DNA of 53,127 nt from a virus (lineage: Duplodnaviria; Heunggongvirae; Uroviricota; Caudoviricetes): IMG/VR virus record IMGVR_UViG_3300046523_000117; one strand, 5' to 3'. A program made the translations under genes and the position numbers. Below are positions 24,053-33,061 of this stretch, one piece after another; within the stretch, counting starts at the first letter, position 1, and each line of letters begins with the position of its first letter. The notes below the pieces were generated by a model. That model saw only the letters and a program-made list of their open reading frames with translations. It was not told the DNA's origin and did not search any database.

Positions 24053-24146
24053 AAAACCGGTCACGATTGATGTACTGTCTTTCCAGACAAGGACCGGTAT
24101 CAAAGCTGGTGGGGTCATAAGACCGCATTTCCTGCTTCTGTACTTC

Positions 24147-24154
24147 TATTTATA
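24147..24154 (-). promoter_or_regulatory. T4-type late promoter TATAAATA
   Basis: Exact gp55 consensus; also overlaps the -10 of a GTTTAGA-type promoter. Confidence 0.7.
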
Positions 24155-24206
24155 TCATTCATTTCTCAAAATCTAAACAAAATGCAGAAATTTTGAAAAA
24201 TATTTT

Positions 24207-24587
24207 TCAGCTCCACATCCATTCGGCATCTTGTTGGAGCCGAACCAGAATCATTTCTTCTTCCGACCCATTACGGATCGCATGATGCAGAGCAGCTTTG
24301 TGTAAACGCTTCTGACGCTGTACTTCGATCCGGTGGCAGAACCCCGGCGTTTTGTGCCACGGTCTGTAATCGGAATGATACTGCCGGATTTTCTCAGCCG
24401 CGTATTCCTCATATGTAGTAGGATCGTCATTGCCATTCTTCCAGATTTCGGATGTGCCACCGGAATAGAACCGATAGCCTTCGCATATCGACAGCCAAAC
24501 ACAATCGTATTCTCCATGAATTACACCCAATCCGATGTAACGATGGAATTGACGAGTTGGCTTACCGCGACGTGTTGTTCTTGACAT
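24207..24587 (-). CDS. Hypothetical protein (MSRT.RR basic N-terminus)
   Basis: ORF with GAG RBS. Confidence 0.7.
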   Translation of the reverse strand: MSRTTRRGKPTRQFHRYIGLGVIHGEYDCVWLSICEGYRFYSGGTSEIWKNGNDDPTTYEEYAAEKIRQYHSDYRPWHKTPGFCHRIEVQRQKRLHKAALHHAIRNGSEEEMILVRLQQDAEWMWS

Positions 24588-24662
24588 GCTTTATTCTCTT
24601 TAGAGAAGTTCGGGATTGAACTTCAAAATCGAGAATAGTTGTCGTAAATGAATTTGATCAAA

Positions 24663-24904
24663 TTATTCAGCTCCAGTTGCCCAGCAAGTCAGTTCCGACC
24701 GGTGGGTGTGTTCACGGCAAGATACCTTACCACCTTCGATTTCATACATGATGTAACCACGCCCGACATCACGGACGTTCTGATACCCTGCGGTATGGCT
24801 CAAACGTTCTGATACCCTGCGGTATGGCTCAAACGTTCTCTGTAGTCTTCACAGCCGACCAGAGCGATTGCCATAAGGCAGATCAATGCAATTTTGGTTT
24901 TCAT
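24663..24904 (-). pseudogene. Lipoprotein gene frameshifted by 29-bp tandem duplication
   Basis: MKTKIALICLMAIALVGC lipobox; removing one repeat unit restores a 70-aa ORF ending ...SELTCWATGAE*. Confidence 0.8.
24781..24838. repeat. Perfect 29-bp tandem duplication
   Basis: TGATACCCTGCGGTATGGCTCAAACGTTC x2, preceded by ACGTTC microhomology. Confidence 0.95.
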
Positions 24905-25107
24905 TCTACTACCTTGACTTCGAGTGAACTGAATGAATGGTTTGAATAGCCGGGGCCATCCCAATCACTGGATTGTAATTTGAAATCCAGTGATACACAT
25001 CTTGGGTCAACGCCCATATCAGCCGCGATCAGTTTCTTGATGTCATCGGCCTTGAGGGTTGCTGTAGTGGTTTTGGTCACAACAGATTTTGATTGAATCA
25101 CGCTCAT
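24901..25107 (-). CDS. Hypothetical protein
   Basis: ATGA-overlapped operon. Confidence 0.65.
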   Translation of the reverse strand: MSVIQSKSVVTKTTTATLKADDIKKLIAADMGVDPRCVSLDFKLQSSDWDGPGYSNHSFSSLEVKVVE

Positions 25108-25382
25108 GCTTGAGGCATCCAGTAAGGTGCATCGGACAGGGTATAACGAACCCGAGCCAGCTTGAATGCATCAATCCGCCGTTCTGCATAGAAGCCATTT
25201 GCATCAAATGGTCGGACGATTACATCATTTACATGAGCGAAGCCGATAGCATCGACAACGACATGACCAGCCTTGCTACCGTCAGCGGCCAAATAAATCT
25301 GACCGTCTGCGATACCGTAGCTTGGTTGGATATCCGGTTTTGGTTGTCGTTTTTGTACGACGATTGTTGGTTTCGGTTTCAT
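25104..25382 (-). CDS. Hypothetical protein
   Basis: ATGA-overlapped operon. Confidence 0.65.
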   Translation of the reverse strand: MKPKPTIVVQKRQPKPDIQPSYGIADGQIYLAADGSKAGHVVVDAIGFAHVNDVIVRPFDANGFYAERRIDAFKLARVRYTLSDAPYWMPQA

Positions 25383-25621
25383 CGTGTTTGCTTCCGATGT
25401 TGTTTGTATTGGCGAATTTGTTTCGCTTCGGCTTTACCCGGTACATGTTCACGGGTAGCCAGAACCGATTTAATCAAATTCACATCGGCTTCGACAGCTT
25501 CCCGCTGTTCTGGGGTTGGTTCACCATACAGACCATTGATCAAAGTCATGCTAGCACGGGTGCTGCGCAGTTTATCGATCAATTGTCGGGTGTGCATTGC
25601 TTCTAACGATTGCCTTTCCAT
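25379..25621 (-). CDS. Hypothetical protein
   Basis: Operon context; VLATREHVP.KAEAK motif. Confidence 0.65.
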   Translation of the reverse strand: MERQSLEAMHTRQLIDKLRSTRASMTLINGLYGEPTPEQREAVEADVNLIKSVLATREHVPGKAEAKQIRQYKQHRKQTR

Positions 25622-25959
25622 GAAACGGAATGTCCTCTTGGTCGGGGTACGACTTGTTCGATCTTTGCAATCATCGCACAGAATTCAGCTTCTGTCAGCG
25701 TAATCGAACCATATTGTTTGACATGACGAATTTGATCCCGGCATTGCTGCCTGACAGGATGTTTTCCATCAATTTTCATTCTTTCTTGAATCCGCAACGT
25801 TGACAGTGCTGGAAATGCACATACCGCTTGGATGGGGTATACCCAAATGGGTAGCGTTCGATCACAGTAAATTTGCAACCAATTGCGATACAAATCAGAG
25901 ATTTCATTCTGGTAGATACCCACAGCGAATGCAGCGATCAGATTTATGGTATTCCACAC
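25603..25959 (-). CDS. Hypothetical protein
   Basis: Operon context; start uncertain. Confidence 0.5.
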   Translation of the reverse strand: MWNTINLIAAFAVGIYQNEISDLYRNWLQIYCDRTLPIWVYPIQAVCAFPALSTLRIQERMKIDGKHPVRQQCRDQIRHVKQYGSITLTEAEFCAMIAKIEQVVPRPRGHSVSWKGNR

Positions 25960-26022
25960 GTCCGGTACACGTACCCATGAATTCCATACGGAAAATGAAC
26001 TTGTGTCCGAACCACCGGCAAA

Positions 26023-26250
26023 TTACTGGGAAATGCATTCAGTCACTTCCACGGGTACGAACATCGCCATGTTAAAACCATGACCCGGTACACCATCCAG
26101 AAACAGAAAGGTATTATAGGGGCTTGTGGTTTGCATGAAATTCACCGTGTATTCCTTGGTGGTATTCAGCCCATGATAGGCCGCATTACCCAGCTCTTGC
26201 TGGTGACCATTGGTAGCGGTGAATTTTACTTTGGAACCTACGGTAATCAT
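26023..26250 (-). CDS. Small SH3-like hypothetical protein
   Basis: Similar to neighbour 26247-26459. Confidence 0.65.
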   Translation of the reverse strand: MITVGSKVKFTATNGHQQELGNAAYHGLNTTKEYTVNFMQTTSPYNTFLFLDGVPGHGFNMAMFVPVEVTECISQ

Positions 26251-26459
26251 TCTACAACCTCGAACATTACGGTGTTGAAATCGATGTCTGGGAAGTCTTG
26301 CAAATACACATCAGACATCCAGTTACCAATGTCGATGATATCCACTGTATAAACTTCACCCACGGTCAGGTATTTGTAGCCACGCTCTTGATCAGAGTCG
26401 TAACCACCTTCACCCGTGAATCTGATTTTGTCACCTTGCTTGCATCCAAGAATCGACAT
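26247..26459 (-). CDS. Small SH3-like hypothetical protein
   Basis: Start moved to MSILG to avoid tRNA overlap. Confidence 0.65.
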   Translation of the reverse strand: MSILGCKQGDKIRFTGEGGYDSDQERGYKYLTVGEVYTVDIIDIGNWMSDVYLQDFPDIDFNTVMFEVVE

Positions 26460-26477
26460 AAAATTCTCACAAAAATA

Positions 26478-26555
26478 TGGTGGGCCGCACCGGGCTCGAA
26501 CCGGCATCTTATCTGTTATGAGCAGACAGCATTAACCGATTTATGCTAACGGCCC
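26478..26555 (-). tRNA. tRNA(CAU), Ile2 or Met
   Basis: GGGCCG acceptor, loop CU-CAU-AA. Confidence 0.88.
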
Positions 26556-26563
26556 GTTTGTAA

Positions 26564-26827
26564 TTAGATCAAACCGTCAACGGCTTCATCGGTGGTTGCT
26601 GCGCTGTACTTGACGGACAGGTCTTTGACGGTCTGTACCAGCTTGTCGTCTTGATCCAGAGCATCGAGCAACATCCATTCAGTTAGACGACCTTGAGCAT
26701 AGGACTGGGCCATTGCTTCAATTTCTTGACTGGTGTACCACTCGCCATCTTCACTTGTGTACATGGTGATTCCTTTTTGGTTTGAGCCCCTACGACTCAG
26801 AACAGAATCGTAGGTTACCGAAGTCAT
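26564..26827 (-). CDS. Hypothetical protein
   Basis: ORF; true start may be MYTSE. Confidence 0.6.
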   Translation of the reverse strand: MTSVTYDSVLSRRGSNQKGITMYTSEDGEWYTSQEIEAMAQSYAQGRLTEWMLLDALDQDDKLVQTVKDLSVKYSAATTDEAVDGLI

Positions 26828-27351
26828 GCGGGTTGTGCAACCCTTTTTCCAACTTTAATTCGTTTACCCAGTTTCAGGGTGTCCCGATCAGCTACAGTCG
26901 AACCGCACCATGCCTCTGGTTTCAGTTTTGGTTTGAAACCAAACGTACCCAGAACATAACCAACCGCTTCCTTTACAGCACAGTTGGATTTGTGAGCCTG
27001 ATCCGGGTTTAGATCCAAATGGATTTCAAATGGACGCCCTTCGAGGTGGTCAACAAGGTGGTAAGCCATTTCAACCGCCTTGTAGACCTCGTTCATCAGT
27101 CGGCCTTTGATGTTTCCATACCAAGGCTCGACTTCGATTTTTTTAAAGATTCTACCACCATGATTTCCATCAAAGTGCAAGCAAACGACAGTAACGTAGA
27201 CAACCTTGTTCTTCACTCGCTTGGAGTCGGCACCCACGTAAATGCGGGTTGTCGGGCTGGAAGCTTGGATTGCATCAATTACTTCTTGCATATCCAGAGC
27301 TTTCAGTGTGTAGGTCTGGGCTTGTTTCTGTACTGCCATTCTGCTCACCAC
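26824..27351 (-). CDS. RNase H-like YkuK (DUF458) family protein
   Basis: IYVGADS, RLMNEV, EIHLDLN, KLKPEAW...VAD motifs. Confidence 0.8.
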   Translation of the reverse strand: MVSRMAVQKQAQTYTLKALDMQEVIDAIQASSPTTRIYVGADSKRVKNKVVYVTVVCLHFDGNHGGRIFKKIEVEPWYGNIKGRLMNEVYKAVEMAYHLVDHLEGRPFEIHLDLNPDQAHKSNCAVKEAVGYVLGTFGFKPKLKPEAWCGSTVADRDTLKLGKRIKVGKRVAQPA

Positions 27352-27392
27352 TTCCTTATTTGATCCCTAGATCAATTCTTTAGAATTTTTCA

Positions 27393-27575
27393 TTATGCTT
27401 TCCAGATTGTTGAATTCGGGTTTTCGTACCCGAGTTTTTTGCGTAAAGCGAGTATGTCCGCTTTTATGACATCGGCATAGATTTGACTCTTTGCATCAAA
27501 TCTATCCGCCATTGCTACGTCAACCAATCGATTTTCGAGGCGGCGTAGCTGGTATTCCTGTAACCAACGTATCAT
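27393..27575 (-). CDS. Hypothetical protein
   Basis: ATGA overlap with dNMP kinase. Confidence 0.6.
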   Translation of the reverse strand: MIRWLQEYQLRRLENRLVDVAMADRFDAKSQIYADVIKADILALRKKLGYENPNSTIWKA

Positions 27576-28231
27576 TCTGTTTCGACTTCCACGGTTTTAA
27601 CGACCCAATCCAGTTGCTCATAAAGAGCTTTGAGGGTTCCGTTATTATCAATGATAAATTCACCGTCCAGAGGTTCCAGACCACGTTCGGTGATATGGGA
27701 ATCACTCAAGCCGGTTTGACGTTGGATGTGAATCACGGTGCTTTTCAGGCCACGCAGGAATTCTATTTCATGGGGCTGTCTGCAATCTGTTACGACTACA
27801 TTATCATAGATTAGCTTCATTCTAAACAGATCGTTCTCAAATTCTTTCAACCAGATATGAGAATCAATCTGATTCACACCAATATCTGTTCCGATGCATT
27901 GCATCAATCTGCGAATGGTCCAGCCGTTGAAGTCGTAGCGGGTTAGATCAATTTGTGGGTATTTGTTTAGATCATATCCGAAATCAGCGAAAACCCTATA
28001 GGTGGCTTCTTCAAAATCGGTAGAGTCGATGTAAATGATGAAATTGTTTCGATCAACACCATCACCGAACACATCAGCTCTTGACATGTATTCAGAGAAA
28101 TGCTTTGCAATGGATTCTTTGAATCCGGCAGCTAAGGCATAGGAAACGGTATTGGGAATTGTTTTCATTAAATGGGATGCAGCCGTGTCTTTGCCACAAC
28201 GGGCTTTGGCTGAAATGGTATAGATGTTCAT
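27572..28231 (-). CDS. gp1: Deoxynucleoside monophosphate kinase
   Basis: AKARCGKDT P-loop, R.LMQ.IGTD, VVTDCRQPHE, DSHITE. Confidence 0.93.
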   Translation of the reverse strand: MNIYTISAKARCGKDTAASHLMKTIPNTVSYALAAGFKESIAKHFSEYMSRADVFGDGVDRNNFIIYIDSTDFEEATYRVFADFGYDLNKYPQIDLTRYDFNGWTIRRLMQCIGTDIGVNQIDSHIWLKEFENDLFRMKLIYDNVVVTDCRQPHEIEFLRGLKSTVIHIQRQTGLSDSHITERGLEPLDGEFIIDNNGTLKALYEQLDWVVKTVEVETE

Positions 28232-28259
28232 TGTGGGTAAAACTCCTAGATGGTTCGTT

Positions 28260-28970
28260 CCGAACCTGTATAGAAGTATTTAACAATGATATTTGGAAGG
28301 GTTCTGTTAAGCCTACGGCTAGCATCTGCGATGCTAATTCTATTAGGTAGAATCTATATTGATTGTGACGAAGGAACAATCAACCCGAAGGGTTATTTGG
28401 AAGGCTTCTAAAAGCTTTAGAAGTATTGACGTTTGTTGGAGGCGTAATTCTCCTAAACAGGAGAAAAACGTAAAACGAATTTGACTATTCGCCATCGTAC
28501 ATAATCATGCCAGATTCCCATTTTTGGGGGCCGGGGTAACGCTATCGGCTCTTATATCTGTTCTCAACGCTACGGAACTGCATCAAATCGGGCATGACCA
28601 ATCTTGAGGCAGGGACAGTTGTATCTGTTTCACAGAGCTGTCATCCTAAAGGAGAATGAAATTGTTTAGGCTTCCAGCTAGAGGCTGATGATCACCCAAC
28701 TCCAATTTTATCGGAATGACCTTTTACACAGCAGTAGCTTGCATCATCCACACCCAGCGCTTAATAATCGCCTTTTGGATTTGATGCAGGAATTGTCAGC
28801 GGTATCACACATCCCGCTGTTGCCGTGTTCTTCTACAGTTTACATTCACTACAGGTCGAAAGTGGATGGACTGCCCATTGAAGGGTAAATTTTAATCGTT
28901 TGTGGTCGGTAGTACGTGAACCGGGTTACCGCCCCGGACACGTCCCTCGAAAGGGAATCAATTCATATGG
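28260..28970 (-). ncRNA. Candidate large (~700 nt) structured ncRNA
   Basis: No credible ORF; more than 10 hairpins including cUUCGg and GAAA loops; promoter-like motif at 28975-29007. Confidence 0.55.
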
Positions 28971-29018
28971 GTCAGTTATACCACACAACTGACCCCATAA
29001 TAAACAGAATTGATAAAT

Positions 29019-29540
29019 TTAGATTGCAGAACCTACAGCGACTTCAAGATCATAGGTATCGTAGGCGAATTCAACCACACACGTCAACGGTGTGGGGTCT
29101 GTGACAGTTACATCATATGATGGGCCTTTCAGACGTACTGGGTACAGCCTGTTGAACGTGAACACCTTCCCGGTAGGGCTATGGTTGTTCGTCATGATGT
29201 GGATCGCTGCGGTGCTTTCGGCTTGACCGTAGAGGTTCGTGGGCTGATTTTCGTAGGGAGCAACGATTTCTTTGATCCACTCCTTAATCTCAATCCACGC
29301 CTCAAGGTCTTCATCCAAAAGGAATTCTACCACGAGTCTATCGTAATTGATAGCAGTACCGGCAATGTTCCATGAACCCACTTTCGGACTCGATGTCGCC
29401 TTGGCTGTACTGATATTTATATCGGGCACATCGAATTTTTGGACCTGCCAGTTAAATATTTTTGTGTTGGCCTTGTGAAGCACAAATTTGTGGTTTGTGC
29501 TTGACATAGTGTTCTGAATCATGCTAGGGCGAGTTGTCAT
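29019..29540 (-). CDS. gp3: Tail tube terminator / sheath stabilizer
   Basis: YD.L.VEFLLDEDLEAWIEI.EW motif; tube-fold protein next to gp1 as in T4. Confidence 0.88.
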   Translation of the reverse strand: MTTRPSMIQNTMSSTNHKFVLHKANTKIFNWQVQKFDVPDINISTAKATSSPKVGSWNIAGTAINYDRLVVEFLLDEDLEAWIEIKEWIKEIVAPYENQPTNLYGQAESTAAIHIMTNNHSPTGKVFTFNRLYPVRLKGPSYDVTVTDPTPLTCVVEFAYDTYDLEVAVGSAI

Positions 29541-29548
29541 TATTTACC

Positions 29549-31297
29549 TCAAGCGATTTCCCGTTGACGTTGCTGCGTTTCGTAAGGAGACGCCGACATA
29601 ACACCGGGTTGAACCGTAGTTTGATTTTGAATGCTAGTTGTAGGAGCATTGATGTTTGGACCACCACTACCACTACCACCCGATCCAGATTTGGCAGCTT
29701 CAACCTCTGCGGACTTCTGAGTTAGTTGCTGCTCTGCTTCATTTTCCGGGCTTGGTGCAAGTACGGGTGAACGGATTAGTGGTTGATATTGCCCATTAAT
29801 CTGTGGTGCCCCTGTTGGTGGACTAAGCAACTGTGTATTTTGCGTGGCATACCGCCCATACTTCTTCGCGTAGGCTTGTTGTTCCGGGGTTTGATGATCT
29901 GGGTCATTGGCATTTCCCTCTTGCTCTGCAATTTTATTTGCACTTTCAAGATTTTGTGCTTCAACCGGATCTGCACCACTAAACCAGCTACTTGGAATTG
30001 CCTTGTATACGGCATATGCCACACCACCAATCGCGGCAACGACGGCACCGGCTGCAAGGATTTCAGGTAGAGCTGCAATTACTGCACCACCTAACGCTGT
30101 AGCCCCGCCTGCAAGAACTGCACCACCCGCCATAGCCATTGTACCTAAACCACCAATTGCAGATGTTGCAGCCCCGGCGATAGTACCAACAGCACTAACA
30201 GCGGCGAACCCTGCGGATTCTTCTGCGGCATCCAATTGTTTCTTCTGCATCTTGATTTGGGTTTCTTGGTTTTTCAATTCCTTGATACGATCATTGGCCG
30301 CTTCAACAAGTAACTTCTCAGTTCTAGATGAACTTCCGCTCAATCGAGCAACATGCCATTTGATTGTCCCTACATCTTTCTGCATCAGTTCGAGAACTTT
30401 GTTATCACCACCCTTGTTACGATCCTGCATCAACTTTTCAATACGGTTAACCGTATTACTCTGTCTTGCAGTATGCCACTTGATGTTTGAAATATTCTTT
30501 CCAATAGCTTTGGTTTCACCCAATGCATGTTCGGCAATTGCCGCATTCTCTTGGGTTAGATAATCAATGCCGTGAAGGTATTCAAGTAGTTTCGCGTCAT
30601 GAACTTTGCTCGCATCATTGGCTTTATTGTCGTGCATCGCTTCAACAACTTCCGACATCTTTTCGACAGTCTCATGGAAAGTCTGAATAGCCGGTGTCAT
30701 TGATATGACGGTTGCCTGCATATGCATTGCTGCATCGGCCATTTTTTCAACCGCCGCCGACATCCCACCTTTACCACCAGATTTCGGCTCTGGAGCGTCC
30801 CCAGCGTCTCTCTGGGCGTCTTCCAGCTTACGGGCTGATGCTGCCTTGGCTTCGGCTTCTTCGCGTCGTGCGTCGAGCTTGGCTTTGATCTTTTCCATCC
30901 TAGCCATTTCCTTGATTTCGAGTTTTCTTCGAATGATCAAGGTCTTTTTGTATTGCTTGCGTTCGAGACTTGCGTTAGCAAATTTCTTCCCGAGGATTCT
31001 AAAGATCGCACCGGCAATAGGAATACCGCCGATTTCTCGACCGATAAATCCACCCGCTGCTTTGCCAACTGCACCAACGCCAGCCTTTGCGCCTCTACCT
31101 AATGCACCAACACCGCGTTTTGCAACATGAACAGCTCTGTTTGAACCAGCCGCCCGAGCATGACGGTTTTGTTTCCTTAGTTCTGCCAGAAGGGCTTTAT
31201 CAGCCCTTTTAGCTTGATGACTATCTAGTCGTTGATTGTCTAGGGCAGTTCGTAAACTGCTCAGGACATCAACTAGGTCTTCGTTATTGTCGGCCAT
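29549..31297 (-). CDS. gp29: Tape measure / baseplate hub protein
   Basis: 582 aa, helical, A/G-rich hydrophobic segment, C-terminal INAPTT; position among hub genes. Confidence 0.7.
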   Translation of the reverse strand: MADNNEDLVDVLSSLRTALDNQRLDSHQAKRADKALLAELRKQNRHARAAGSNRAVHVAKRGVGALGRGAKAGVGAVGKAAGGFIGREIGGIPIAGAIFRILGKKFANASLERKQYKKTLIIRRKLEIKEMARMEKIKAKLDARREEAEAKAASARKLEDAQRDAGDAPEPKSGGKGGMSAAVEKMADAAMHMQATVISMTPAIQTFHETVEKMSEVVEAMHDNKANDASKVHDAKLLEYLHGIDYLTQENAAIAEHALGETKAIGKNISNIKWHTARQSNTVNRIEKLMQDRNKGGDNKVLELMQKDVGTIKWHVARLSGSSSRTEKLLVEAANDRIKELKNQETQIKMQKKQLDAAEESAGFAAVSAVGTIAGAATSAIGGLGTMAMAGGAVLAGGATALGGAVIAALPEILAAGAVVAAIGGVAYAVYKAIPSSWFSGADPVEAQNLESANKIAEQEGNANDPDHQTPEQQAYAKKYGRYATQNTQLLSPPTGAPQINGQYQPLIRSPVLAPSPENEAEQQLTQKSAEVEAAKSGSGGSGSGGPNINAPTTSIQNQTTVQPGVMSASPYETQQRQREIA

Positions 31298-31442
31298 TTT
31301 TCTTTCTATCCATTTTTCTCTTTTCTTCGTCCAGCCACATCATAACTTGGGTAATCAAAGTTTTTCTTTCCCAAGGCATCATGGCCTCTAATTCAGACAG
31401 AGTATAATTGTGGTATTTTTGCAGACCGAAGTTGGTTTTCAT
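31284..31442 (-). CDS. gp51: Baseplate hub assembly protein (gp51-like, MPWER motif; probably the -1 frameshift extension of upstream gene)
   Basis: Manual translation MKTNFGLQKYHNYTLSELEAMMPWERKTLI... Confidence 0.75.
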   Translation of the reverse strand: MKTNFGLQKYHNYTLSELEAMMPWERKTLITQVMMWLDEEKRKMDRKKNGRQ

Positions 31443-31474
31443 GTAACTACCAAGGCTGTCTTCGGCCTGAGTTA

Positions 31475-32278
31475 TCAGAAAAAATCTTGTAGGCCACGCA
31501 ACTCAATTTTTGCATGATGTCCGCATTTACGGCACGTAAAATCTGCATGTCCAGACACTGATGGGATATTGGTAAAGAACGCAATAACTTCATCAAACAC
31601 GGTCTGAGGCATCAGTTCGAGGAATTCAAGTGCATCATCGGCTTCGTAGTCTTCACCATATTTCAGAACAGAACCATCCGCTTTATACAGATAGGTCATG
31701 CACTCGGCGTAGACTGCCATAGTTGCATCAATGTCGTCTTCCGCGATACCGACATCATGGCGTGTAATCTGTTCGAAGTTAGGGTACTTCAAAATCAACT
31801 TTTCGATGGTTGCGGATTTAACTTCGATGATGCCTTTACTGATTTCGCTGGTAGCAACTTTGGCTTCTTTCAAACTAACAACCACACCATTTGCTTGATC
31901 GCAAGTGATTGGTTCTTGGTTTTCATTCAGTGTTTGGTTGCCTTCGTCGTCAAGTACCGGTGCTTTGCATAGGTAGAATGACTTGGATTGGGTTGTACCG
32001 GTTGAATGCATATGCAATTGGATGTAAATGTATTCAAGGTCGAAACTTGGTAGTTCGCCAATGTTGATATCACCGGACGTGACACAGTTTTGAATCAATT
32101 GAGTAACCGCGTTCACAATGTTGTCGAGTTGGTCATCACCCTCGGACTGTTTCGCGATCATCAATAGTTTTTGTTCTTTGGTCACGAAAGAACGTAGCGT
32201 AATCATCTTTCCGAGACTAGGAACTAGACATTTGAAAGTTGGTAGCGAATCTAATGCTAGGTTGGCAAGTTTGCCCAT
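31475..32278 (-). CDS. gp26: Baseplate hub assembly chaperone (gp26/gp51 family)
   Basis: LPTF...PS....LRSF.TKEQKLL, FDLEYI, C-terminal CxxC and LRGLQDFF*. Confidence 0.8.
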   Translation of the reverse strand: MGKLANLALDSLPTFKCLVPSLGKMITLRSFVTKEQKLLMIAKQSEGDDQLDNIVNAVTQLIQNCVTSGDINIGELPSFDLEYIYIQLHMHSTGTTQSKSFYLCKAPVLDDEGNQTLNENQEPITCDQANGVVVSLKEAKVATSEISKGIIEVKSATIEKLILKYPNFEQITRHDVGIAEDDIDATMAVYAECMTYLYKADGSVLKYGEDYEADDALEFLELMPQTVFDEVIAFFTNIPSVSGHADFTCRKCGHHAKIELRGLQDFF

Positions 32279-32290
32279 AATAAAATACTC

Positions 32291-33061
32291 TTATAAAATC
32301 TTGGTGATACGTTTGATGGAATCGTACCAATGTTTGGCTTCTGTAAAGATGTTGCCATCGCCTTCATCTTTGGCTTCTTTGGTTACAACGTTCTTGAATT
32401 TGAATTGAACATCAAATGTTGCAAGTTGGTTGTTGCTGTCATACGACATTTGCATATCGGAGACGTGAACCGGGTAAGCTTCCGCAATTTCCGTCTTCGA
32501 GGACATGTTGCCCTGTCTATCACAGAATTTGATGTTAATGTTGGCAACGTAGTCTTCATAGAATCCGAATTTGAAGTTATCCATGTTACACGCCCGGTTC
32601 ATCCAGTCTAAGAAGAACTGACGTTCTTTCTGCGACGGGGTTACAAGGAATGTCATGTTCAATAGATCAAATTCAGATCCGGTGACCATGCTATACGGCA
32701 CTTGGTTGGAATTGACTTCCGTGGTATTCAAGGTTCGCCCCGGAATACCCACATCCTTTACATACATTCCCAAGTCGTATGGATATTGCAAGTATTTATC
32801 AAGCATATCCCCAAGCCCTACCGCCCTGATAATCTCAGGGCTAAAGAATCCGGTCAGGTGTCGAAGGGGTTCAACCCGCGATAACACTTCCTTGGTCACG
32901 CTATCGGTGATGGATCTAAACAGGCTTCCGCCGTTATCTCCATCGATAGACTTGATCTTAATACCAATCTTGCTTGGGAATTCGACCTTGAACAAGTTTG
33001 CTCGTCCAAGGTCGTCTTTCAGTAATGCAGCCCTGAATTTGTCGATATCGATTGTTGCCAT
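32291..33061 (-). CDS. gp54: Baseplate-tail tube initiator
   Basis: DLGRANLFKVEF, PGR.L, AYPV...MSYDSNNQL.TFDV.F; start placed at MATID. Confidence 0.88.
   Translation of the reverse strand: MATIDIDKFRAALLKDDLGRANLFKVEFPSKIGIKIKSIDGDNGGSLFRSITDSVTKEVLSRVEPLRHLTGFFSPEIIRAVGLGDMLDKYLQYPYDLGMYVKDVGIPGRTLNTTEVNSNQVPYSMVTGSEFDLLNMTFLVTPSQKERQFFLDWMNRACNMDNFKFGFYEDYVANINIKFCDRQGNMSSKTEIAEAYPVHVSDMQMSYDSNNQLATFDVQFKFKNVVTKEAKDEGDGNIFTEAKHWYDSIKRITKIL

Noticed and set aside
24781-24838. Possible CRISPR mini-array
   Set aside because: The two 29-bp units are directly adjacent with no spacer and there are no cas genes; it is a tandem duplication in a gene
25089-25703. 204-aa plus-strand ORF
   Set aside because: Antisense to a tightly overlapped minus-strand operon
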